Source: a virus
Strand: one strand, 5' to 3'
Length of the DNA: 64,000 bases
Virus record (IMG/VR): IMGVR_UViG_3300025466_000014
Position 1 is the first letter of the stretch, and every line of letters begins with the position of its first letter. The translations under genes and the position numbers were made by a program. Below, piece by piece: positions 26,939 through 34,734 of the stretch. The notes beneath the pieces are model-generated. The model was not told where the DNA came from. It ran no database searches and saw only the letters and a list, made by a program, of their open reading frames with translations.

Positions 26939-27954
26939 CTAACGACCAAATTGACGACATTATATACAAGGTATGTCAACCGCAACATAAAATGACAAGC
27001 GACTGGCTTGCGTCTCATCGAGAATTTGCTAGAGCGATTATTGCTGAGCACGTTACCGAACTAACGCAAAATGCAGATATGCCTACGCCGGTAGAGCCAA
27101 AGGCCGACAATGATTCAGCTTACGCCTATGCTGACGGTTTTAATAAGTGCCTATCTCAATGTAACCGGGCAATGGCCGCAAAGAATGCGGAATTAGTAAA
27201 AAACAACACACGATTAACAATATTTGCGCCAAACGGCGACAAGATAGTTTGTTACGGTACTGAGATCGACATGGCGACGCTGGATGTCGTGATTAAAAAG
27301 GGCGCACTCAAGTTTAAAGAGCTAGAGGCCTTAGAACCAGTGGCAAAGGTTATAGAATACGGTGCAACGGTGCAACTTGCCTGGGATAGTGTTATCGCTG
27401 CCCATAAGGCAAAAGTTGGCACTCTTGTAAGTTTAGAGCAATGCCACCAATTGTTTGCGCAGAAGGATGCTAAGATAGAACGTTCTAGTGTGCAAATGCG
27501 CGTGTATCAGGAAAACATTGAAGCACTTAACGCTGAGATTAAGAAATTAAAGGAAAATTCAAATTTCGACCACTCAGAGTACAAACGTCTCCGGGATAAA
27601 CTAAAAGCCGAGCGCGACGTAATTATTGGGGCAAATAAATCAGTGCTAAAGCAACTTGCGCAAATTACGGCGGATAGAGACGACCTTCAACGAAAATTAT
27701 ATCGTGCGACTAACCCACCGTTTGAGGGTAAGGTAGATACCTGGCAGGCGGCGTGTGGTATTGCTAGACGTGAATACGAGGAGCTAAAGCTAGAAAACGA
27801 GGCTAACAAAGGACTACTAATCCATCTAACTCTAGAACGCGATGAAATCGCAGCGGAGCGTGATCGTCTTAAGATTAAGATAGACTCGATACAATCCGAG
27901 ATTGCGTCGCTTAGAGTTATAATCTTAAGATTAGATAGTCAGAGTGAAGATTAA
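26935..27954 (+). CDS. Modular coiled-coil protein
   Basis: 339 aa; repeated M/EP.PV...QC....A.K.A modules. Confidence 0.75.
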   Translation: MTNDQIDDIIYKVCQPQHKMTSDWLASHREFARAIIAEHVTELTQNADMPTPVEPKADNDSAYAYADGFNKCLSQCNRAMAAKNAELVKNNTRLTIFAPNGDKIVCYGTEIDMATLDVVIKKGALKFKELEALEPVAKVIEYGATVQLAWDSVIAAHKAKVGTLVSLEQCHQLFAQKDAKIERSSVQMRVYQENIEALNAEIKKLKENSNFDHSEYKRLRDKLKAERDVIIGANKSVLKQLAQITADRDDLQRKLYRATNPPFEGKVDTWQAACGIARREYEELKLENEANKGLLIHLTLERDEIAAERDRLKIKIDSIQSEIASLRVIILRLDSQSED

Positions 27955-29872
27955 AGCCTTTACAGTAAATAAGGCTAGTAACCAAGGACTGCAATTGACT
28001 TCTACTAAATCTCAAAAAGAAAAATTGTTAGGGTACAGGGTGCTTTACAAGAAAGCAAAAATAGCCTATTACGAGAAAAACCCAATTATGTCGGATGCAC
28101 AATTCGACAAACTGGAGCTCTTAATTGCTAAGGCTGACCCAGATTGGGCAGAACTTAAAAAGACAGGCGTTTCGGTGCAGAAAAAGACTAAAGTAGCCTT
28201 GTCGCACTTCATGCCTTCTCTAAATAAGTTCTACCCACAGGACTTGCGCAAAAAGCTACTTAACGTGCCGTACGTTGTAATGTCTAAGCTGGATGGTTCC
28301 GCTCTTCAACTCACTGTGGTAAACGGTAAACCAACAAAATTGGTAACGCGCGGCACAGGCGTTGTGGGCGGAGACATTAGCTTTCACATTAAAAATCTTA
28401 ATCTTAAACTGCGTGGCACAGACAGCGGTGTGTTTCGTTGCGAAGCCGTTATGAACGAGAAGGTCTTTCTCAAAAAATGGTACGGTAAAGGCGAAGACGA
28501 ATTCGATAATTCTCGCAACATGGTTAACGGACTGCTAAATCGAAAGCAGCCGCATGAAGCCTTCAAAGACATAGACATTGTAGTTTTAGGCAGATACGGT
28601 CACTCCATTGAATGGGGGCTAAAATCTGCCATCGCAATGGGCTTACACACGGTAGACTGCAAGGTGCTTTCGCCCTCAGAAAAAGACCTTCCAGTATTGC
28701 TTGAAGACTTTAGAGCCAAATCCAAATACAATATGGACGGATTGGTCTTAGCCCCTAGCAACTGGACAATGCAGTATCTGTCTCAAGACAAGCCTAAGGA
28801 TATCTGGGCATTCAAACTAAACGACGAGGTTAACGCCCAGGTTGTTGAAGTCAAGCGTATTATTTGGCAATTGTCTAGTCGAGGCCGATTGATTCCAAAA
28901 ATTGAGATTAAACCCACGCAGATGGATGGGGTTACGGTTACTTTCTGCACAGCCCACAATGCTAAAAGAATGAAAGACCATAAAATCGGTCCTGGTGCAA
29001 AGGTAAAGGTTTTACGGTCAGGTGGCGTTATACCCAAAATCGTGGGCGTTGTAAAGCCTGGTAAATTTCAGGGGCCGGAGCAGGATTACAAAATTGACGG
29101 TGTACATTTTGTAGTTAACGGTACCAGTCTTTCTGACGAGAGTAAATTTACTATAGCTACAAAACGGATACTAAAATTTCTTGTTACTATGGGCGTAGAG
29201 CAGATAGCGTCCAAGACAATTGAGAAGCTTATAAGCTCTTACGGCCCGGCTAATTCACACATAGTAAAAATTCTGCTTTTGTGGCGCAAGAAAGAGTTAG
29301 GTAAGGCGTTAGTAGCCGCAGGTATGGGCGCAAATCAATCTGCCAAGATTGTAAAAGAGTTTGACAAGGTCTTCGGTGGCACTATTTCAATGAAAAAACT
29401 TATGGTGGCATCGCAGATATTTGGTGTGGGCATAGGTGAGCGCAAACTTGAAATGCTGGAAAAGGCATGCATTAGCATGGCTGCATTCTCTAACTACAAA
29501 GTGTCTTACGACAAAATAGCCCGGGTACACGGCTTTGCAGAGAAGAGCGCAGACCTATTATTTGCAGGCCACAAGAAATGGTGTTTATTCTTAAACACCT
29601 TAACAGCCGCTCCGTATAATCTGGTAATTGACGGTTCTTTGCCTCAAAGAAAGGCTTTAGTTGGTCCCCTTTCTGGTAAAAAGGTATCCTTCACAGGCTA
29701 CCGAGATAAAGAGCAAGAGCAGCGGATTGCAGCGGCTGGCGGTGAGGTAATAAATTTTGGCGCATCCACAAACATTCTTCTTTATAAAGAAGGAGGCAAA
29801 GAATCTAGCAAGGTTGCTACGGCACAATCCAAAGGCATTCAGGTATCTACGTTTGCTAAACTTAAGATCTAA
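27944..29872 (+). CDS. ligA: NAD+-dependent DNA ligase
   Basis: Domain Ia YY...P.MSDAQFD, motif I KLDG, TRG.G..G.DI, DGLV, AFK, motif VI RSGGVIP, HhH, C-terminal BRCT. Confidence 0.93.
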   Translation: MKIKAFTVNKASNQGLQLTSTKSQKEKLLGYRVLYKKAKIAYYEKNPIMSDAQFDKLELLIAKADPDWAELKKTGVSVQKKTKVALSHFMPSLNKFYPQDLRKKLLNVPYVVMSKLDGSALQLTVVNGKPTKLVTRGTGVVGGDISFHIKNLNLKLRGTDSGVFRCEAVMNEKVFLKKWYGKGEDEFDNSRNMVNGLLNRKQPHEAFKDIDIVVLGRYGHSIEWGLKSAIAMGLHTVDCKVLSPSEKDLPVLLEDFRAKSKYNMDGLVLAPSNWTMQYLSQDKPKDIWAFKLNDEVNAQVVEVKRIIWQLSSRGRLIPKIEIKPTQMDGVTVTFCTAHNAKRMKDHKIGPGAKVKVLRSGGVIPKIVGVVKPGKFQGPEQDYKIDGVHFVVNGTSLSDESKFTIATKRILKFLVTMGVEQIASKTIEKLISSYGPANSHIVKILLLWRKKELGKALVAAGMGANQSAKIVKEFDKVFGGTISMKKLMVASQIFGVGIGERKLEMLEKACISMAAFSNYKVSYDKIARVHGFAEKSADLLFAGHKKWCLFLNTLTAAPYNLVIDGSLPQRKALVGPLSGKKVSFTGYRDKEQEQRIAAAGGEVINFGASTNILLYKEGGKESSKVATAQSKGIQVSTFAKLKI

Positions 29873-29874
29873 CC

Positions 29875-30030
29875 ATGAAAACACTTTTAAAATGGGTCTA
29901 CTGGGCCCGAGTCTACCTTGCGATTGTCGTCATCCTAGCCTTCACAGAAATCTTTCCTGAGATTAGTCTGTTTGAATGCGCATTTTGGTCGGTAATTTTT
30001 GTTTGGGCTGTTAGGAGCATACGTGAGTAA
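29875..30030 (+). CDS. Small membrane protein (not in the track)
   Basis: Own translation MKTLLKWVYWARVYLAIVVILAFTEIFPEISLFECAFWSVIFVWAVRSIRE*. Confidence 0.5.
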   Translation: MKTLLKWVYWARVYLAIVVILAFTEIFPEISLFECAFWSVIFVWAVRSIRE

Positions 30031-30198
30031 CGCAGATAACCCTTGGGTAAACGGCAAGCTAAGGGAAGCCTTTTTGGGATTAAAACCTAATCACAAAATT
30101 GTCTTTCGCAAAGACGCTAGAATCTACAAACGGCTCGGTATTGTGTGGCAAATCTTCGATGGGCAGCGTCTTTTAGCGGTAACTGAGGAATATGCAGG

Positions 30199-30344
30199 AA
30201 AAAGCGCAAAAACGCTGATTTCTGCTGGAAAAGTGCATTCTCAGCAAAAAGGCATTGAAAAAGCCGTGAAAAAGTGCCAAAAACACCTAAAAATTGAAGT
30301 TTCTCCGCTTTAAGTGCTAAAAACGCAGTTTTTCATGCTACAAT
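30199..30344 (+). promoter_or_regulatory. Extended -10 promoter TGCTACAAT with strongly phased upstream A-tracts
   Basis: A5 runs start at 30246, 30258, 30269, 30279, 30289 and 30319; TG-C-TACAAT 30336-30344. Confidence 0.65.
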
Positions 30345-30403
30345 AAAGTGCGGCTACGTAGGGACTAGGCTGCATAACTGTTTATACTATTTTGGAGTGT
30401 TTT

Positions 30404-30694
30404 ATGACTGAAAAAGTTTTCTCCTTTGCAATTGGCGATGTTGTTAAGCTTAAAGACAACGTTCCCGAAGCCAGCTTTGCCTTTCGGCATCTGAAAGACC
30501 AAAAAGAGCGCCTGGTTGTCACCGACGTAATAAATGACCCGGAGATGCACGAGTACGGCATTAACGGTTCGGCTTGGCACAAATTTGAATATTTTGAACT
30601 GGTGCACCGCGCTACCCACGAGTCGCTTGCCGAAGCTTTCACGCACAATGGTGACGAGGAAGAAGACATCGAAGACGAAGACGGCGACGATTAA
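30404..30694 (+). CDS. Hypothetical protein with acidic tail
   Basis: GGAG RBS. Confidence 0.75.
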   Translation: MTEKVFSFAIGDVVKLKDNVPEASFAFRHLKDQKERLVVTDVINDPEMHEYGINGSAWHKFEYFELVHRATHESLAEAFTHNGDEEEDIEDEDGDD

Positions 30695-30991
30695 ATGGAG
30701 CACAAAGCCTTTGTAGCTGCACTAGGCTTTTCTGGCCTTTCAGAAAAGCACATAAAAGGTAAAAAGGCTGCACGGGTTAGAGCATTTGTTTACAAAACTG
30801 TAAACAATGCGTCTGTAAAGGCTATCCTGGGCAAGCCTACCGCCGTTAACTCTATTAACGGTCAGCTAGTTTACGTGGTTGCAAAAGACAAGGTAATCCG
30901 CGTAGACACCCTAAAAAAGGTAGTCCTGTTAGGAAACGGGGCAGACACAGTAAAACGCGTCTTAAACACAGTGACCTGGACACTTAATTAG
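30695..30991 (+). CDS. Basic hypothetical protein
   Basis: Packed ORF. Confidence 0.7.
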   Translation: MEHKAFVAALGFSGLSEKHIKGKKAARVRAFVYKTVNNASVKAILGKPTAVNSINGQLVYVVAKDKVIRVDTLKKVVLLGNGADTVKRVLNTVTWTLN

Positions 30992-31327
30992 ATGGCTAAA
31001 CGCAAAAAACTTAATAAGGCGGCTGCTCGTGCAAAAAGCGAGTACGCTGCCTTTGTTATTTCTCTTGAAAATAAGTACCCTGCTTTTGCTAGAGAAAAGC
31101 ATAAGCCGGCCCCGGATACGTTGGTGCTTCATTTAGGCGCACCTCCAGGTAGGGAAACTAAACGTTATCCAAGTAAGGTAACTCCTGGTGCAGTGACTAA
31201 TGTTTCGGCAAAACAGCAGTACACAGGCACAAAGGTTTTAGGCATTTCTACAATGCACAAATCTAACATGGTGCCTGTGTTTTCTTCTGAGGAAGCGCAA
31301 GACATCAGTAAAATGCGACGTAACTAA
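30992..31327 (+). CDS. Conserved myophage basic protein
   Basis: GISTMHKSNMVPVF...A.DIS.MRR motif known from T4-like phages. Confidence 0.75.
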   Translation: MAKRKKLNKAAARAKSEYAAFVISLENKYPAFAREKHKPAPDTLVLHLGAPPGRETKRYPSKVTPGAVTNVSAKQQYTGTKVLGISTMHKSNMVPVFSSEEAQDISKMRRN

Positions 31328-31338
31328 AAGAGTGCAGA

Positions 31339-31968
31339 ATGAGAACAGACCTGGTTGTTTACACGGCAGAGAATTGCCTAATTAAGGAATTTGCTAGGAG
31401 CTTGAAAGCTAAGGTGCTTGTAGAGCGTAAAAGAGTAAAGGCGTGGGTAGACGATGTAAACACAACCTTTACATTTATGTGCGACGCATACCCAGAGCTT
31501 TTAGAGCAAATCTCTGCGCAGAGAGCCTTAATTAGGCTACGCACAAAAGGTACGCCTGCAACCGAGGACTTACCTAGCGTTAATTCTGTAAATAGCCAGA
31601 GTGCGCTTGAGGCAGCAAACTTTTTCCTGCTTAAAAAGGCATATAGGCAGGCAGCAAATTTATCCCATCCAGACAAAGGAGGTTCCGATGAAGACTTTCA
31701 AAACGTAAAAGCGGCTTATAAAGCCGGCGACTTAGGCTCCCTAAACGAATACGTGATAGCACGTAATCACAATTTAATCGCGCAGACAAAACACTGGCAA
31801 ATCGAACTTGAAAAACCCAACGCACAATGGCAAAAGATTGTCAGTGAGGAGCCTTATAGAGCAGTTGCTTTGTTTAAGGCCGGCAATAAAAAAGCCGCTA
31901 TGGTTCTAACTAAGAAAATTTTGGAACTAACTTTAGTGTCTCTCATAAAAGAGAACTCAGCCCTGTAA
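31339..31968 (+). CDS. J-domain (DnaJ-like) protein
   Basis: LKKAYRQAANLSHPDKGGS.EDF..VK.AY, with the HPD motif. Confidence 0.85.
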   Translation: MRTDLVVYTAENCLIKEFARSLKAKVLVERKRVKAWVDDVNTTFTFMCDAYPELLEQISAQRALIRLRTKGTPATEDLPSVNSVNSQSALEAANFFLLKKAYRQAANLSHPDKGGSDEDFQNVKAAYKAGDLGSLNEYVIARNHNLIAQTKHWQIELEKPNAQWQKIVSEEPYRAVALFKAGNKKAAMVLTKKILELTLVSLIKENSAL

Positions 31969-31987
31969 GTTTTAACGAAAGAAGTAA

Positions 31988-32722
31988 ATGGCAACTAAAC
32001 CGATGAAATCGAAAACCGTGGTAACTAAATCCAAGAAAGCAGCACCTGCTCCTGGTCGGCTTATTAAGCCGCTAACAAAAGCAGCGCCTGAGGCTACTGT
32101 GAAAAAAGGCTTTCCTGCTAAGAAGGGTTTTCCTGCACGTAAAGCAGGGACCCCTGCTAAGAAGAGTGCTCGCAAGCCGTTGCCTACCTACAAGGCACCT
32201 GCAGATTTCAAACCCCACTTTTTGCTGGTTCAATTCAATACGGAAAAAGACGCCCTTATTGGAAGCCAGGTAAGCGCGGTTCGCTACACAGGTCGCTTTG
32301 ACCGCGAAGCTGACGAAAAGAAGAAGTTTGTTATGAGCGCCTACGACCCGGCTACGGTTATGGGCATTGCGGCGCGCCTAGCGTCTGTAACGTACAAAAC
32401 CAACGCCGAAAAGAAGATGCCCGTCTCTATTAAAGAGAGAGCAACTATGAAGGGCGCAATGCGTTTGCCTGCAAACACAACTTTTCAAGTGCTTCTGCGC
32501 GTAGGTAAAAAATCAGCAGACCAATCTCTAACAGCTCGCGTAGTTTCAGTTTTTCAAGCAGTTGAGAACCCGACTACCGGCCGTAAAGGTTTGAAGGAAC
32601 TGCTAAAGACAGATATGGCTTATCGTGCCTTGCGAAAGGCAAGCCGCATTCTGCCAGCAGCATTCAAAAATGTTCTAATGCCACCGAAACGCACTCGTGC
32701 GTCTAAAGTGGAAGCAGAATAA
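31988..32722 (+). CDS. Basic protein with an H1-like K/A/P N-terminus and a globular domain
   Basis: KKAAPAPG...KKGFPAKKGFPARKAGTPAKK. Confidence 0.8.
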   Translation: MATKPMKSKTVVTKSKKAAPAPGRLIKPLTKAAPEATVKKGFPAKKGFPARKAGTPAKKSARKPLPTYKAPADFKPHFLLVQFNTEKDALIGSQVSAVRYTGRFDREADEKKKFVMSAYDPATVMGIAARLASVTYKTNAEKKMPVSIKERATMKGAMRLPANTTFQVLLRVGKKSADQSLTARVVSVFQAVENPTTGRKGLKELLKTDMAYRALRKASRILPAAFKNVLMPPKRTRASKVEAE

Positions 32723-32736
32723 AACCCAATTTTGCA

Positions 32737-32748
32737 AAACTGTAAATA
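32737..32748 (+). promoter_or_regulatory. Phage promoter motif AAACTGTAAATA
   Basis: Exact copy, intergenic, upstream of the H1-like gene at 32833. Confidence 0.6.
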
Positions 32749-32832
32749 GGTTTTGCTAGATCAAGATCGCGGCATCTTGTAAAAATGCTGTAAACAAACG
32801 TTTGTTTTTCAATTCAGTTCTTAAGGAAGAAA

Positions 32833-33648
32833 ATGGCAACTCGTACCGCAACCCGTACCGCGAAAACTACTCGCACTCCTCGTGCTGCAAAAGCAGCCGC
32901 AAAACCTGCTCGCATGACTCGTGAAGAAAAAGCCGCAGCCGCAGCTAAAGCAGAACGCATTGCTGCTCGCAAGGCACGTAAGTTGGCCGCCGAAAAGAAG
33001 GCAGCACGTCCTACAAAAGCAGCCGCAAAACCTGCTCGTCCTGCTGCAAAGAAAGTAGCCGCAAAAACAGCTAAACCTGCTGCAAAGGCTCCCCGCAAAA
33101 CTAAGGCAGTTGCCGCAGCAAGTACTACTTTGTGCCTGTCTATGATTGTACCTGTGCACGGCAAGGACATTAAAGTTCATGCAGCACACTATGAAGTCGA
33201 CGGCGTTGTTATTCCGCGCACACTGGTGGCCGCAATCGTAGGTTCTACCTTCTATGTTCGCAAGAGCGTACAAGTAGGCTCTCTGGCTTCTGTTAAGGAA
33301 GTTAAAGGCCAGGTAGTTTACGAAACTGAAACCGGTGACAAGGTCGTTGTGTTCGACACAAACTTGTTGACGCTGAGCGAAGGCGGTATCGTTTCATCCG
33401 CGGCATCTGAAGAAGACGAAGAAGCCGAGGAAGGTGATGACGAATCCGAGGACGAATTCGGTGAAGACGAAGATGACGAAGAAGGCGATGACGAGTCTGA
33501 AGACGAAGACGAAGAGTCGGATGAAGAAGAATCAGACGACGAAGACGAAGAAGATGACGAGTCTGAAGACGAAGACGAAGACGATGAAGAAGATGACGAA
33601 GAGTCCGATGACGAAGACGAGGATGATGACGAATTCTCTGAATTCTAA
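32833..33648 (+). CDS. Histone-H1-like protein: K/A/R N-terminus, beta-rich core, poly-D/E C-terminus
   Basis: AAKPARPAAKKVAAKTAKPAAK; about 79-aa D/E tail ending EFSEF. Confidence 0.85.
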   Translation: MATRTATRTAKTTRTPRAAKAAAKPARMTREEKAAAAAKAERIAARKARKLAAEKKAARPTKAAAKPARPAAKKVAAKTAKPAAKAPRKTKAVAAASTTLCLSMIVPVHGKDIKVHAAHYEVDGVVIPRTLVAAIVGSTFYVRKSVQVGSLASVKEVKGQVVYETETGDKVVVFDTNLLTLSEGGIVSSAASEEDEEAEEGDDESEDEFGEDEDDEEGDDESEDEDEESDEEESDDEDEEDDESEDEDEDDEEDDEESDDEDEDDDEFSEF

Positions 33649-33677
33649 ATCCAAGTTAGAGTAATTATTAAGTAAAT

Positions 33678-33712
33678 AAGGTGTAAGCAGCAAAAGTTGC
33701 TTACACCTTTTT
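33678..33712 (+). terminator. Rho-independent terminator
   Basis: AAGGTGTAAGCAGC-AAAA-GTTGCTTACACCTT followed by a T-run. Confidence 0.85.
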
Positions 33713-33734
33713 CATTTACCTACAGGATTTTTCT

Positions 33735-34019
33735 ATGGCAGATCATCTAGCTTTGTATAGTAGGAACTGCAAGTTTTGCAAGTCCCTAGACCCAGACGAA
33801 AAAAAGTATTTTCCTAAATGCCATTTTGAAAAGGGCAATAAAGACTGCCCGGCTAGTGAAATCCAGATTGCCGTTGTAGGTCAGGCGCAACGTGCGGCTA
33901 AAGCAGTGCTTAAGGCACGAGCGGCTAACAACATAGACCAGGAAATTCAAATCTTGTCTTTTGTTGCAAAAAAGAGCAAACCCTTTCAGCAAAAATTTAG
34001 GGAATGGTTGTTAAAATGA
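33735..34019 (+). CDS. Hypothetical protein with Cys cluster
   Basis: CKFC...C......CP. Confidence 0.75.
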   Translation: MADHLALYSRNCKFCKSLDPDEKKYFPKCHFEKGNKDCPASEIQIAVVGQAQRAAKAVLKARAANNIDQEIQILSFVAKKSKPFQQKFREWLLK

Positions 34020-34729
34020 CCGAGCATACCCAGGACGCCAATGTCCTCAATTTTGTTAGAATAAAATCTTGGTACATACCTAGCGACGCGCTATGCTACG
34101 CAATGCTGAAAAAGCTAGGTGTGCCTATGTTGAAGATTCATGCAGATTTCATCCCAACTCTGGGCCTTCTTCTTAAGCCTAAGGGCTTTAGGGCAAAATC
34201 AAAAAACTTTAACGAAATTCGAGATACCTTTTTAGACAAGTTGGGTACGCAGTGGAAATCTAAAGATGATCGCTCCTGCAAACTAGATGACAATACGTTA
34301 GTTTTTACAGCGGTTGCCTCTAAAGCAAACAAGAAGTCTATTGCAAAGGTTGAGACGCTAATTCATGCGTTCTGCTCTCGGTGGGGCTTTAGCTGCAATT
34401 CTCAATTTTCAGAGTTGCCTAAAAAGCTCAAGCTTTCTGTTAAGTACAAGTTTAGTTCTGAGGCTGAACCAGTAATACCAAACGTGGACTTGCCCAAACA
34501 AGTATCTCACGAGATGATTCTAGGCTTCAACAAGATTCGTATTTCAGTTCTGCCAGCTACTGAAAAAACAAAGGTGCAGCGTTCCTCACTTGAGGTATTT
34601 GTTAAGGCTGGAACCGAATGGGTAGCCGTACACACCAGTACGTTTACGGATTACGAAATTGGTGACGTTACAGATTTTGCGGCGGCTGTAGGAACTTTGT
34701 TTACCCGACGCAAGATTAGAGAGGGCTAA
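34016..34729 (+). CDS. Hypothetical protein
   Basis: ORF directly before topoisomerase B. Confidence 0.75.
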   Translation: MTEHTQDANVLNFVRIKSWYIPSDALCYAMLKKLGVPMLKIHADFIPTLGLLLKPKGFRAKSKNFNEIRDTFLDKLGTQWKSKDDRSCKLDDNTLVFTAVASKANKKSIAKVETLIHAFCSRWGFSCNSQFSELPKKLKLSVKYKFSSEAEPVIPNVDLPKQVSHEMILGFNKIRISVLPATEKTKVQRSSLEVFVKAGTEWVAVHTSTFTDYEIGDVTDFAAAVGTLFTRRKIREG

Positions 34730-34734
34730 TTAAA

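Noticed and set aside
29999-30313. 104-aa ORF over the A-tract region
   Set aside because: Its Lys-rich C-terminus follows from the phased A-tracts and the start is weak; not listed as a gene, though the N-terminal part could be real.
33434-33664. MTK-repeat ORF in another frame
   Set aside because: Frame-shifted reading of the D/E codons of the 32833 gene.
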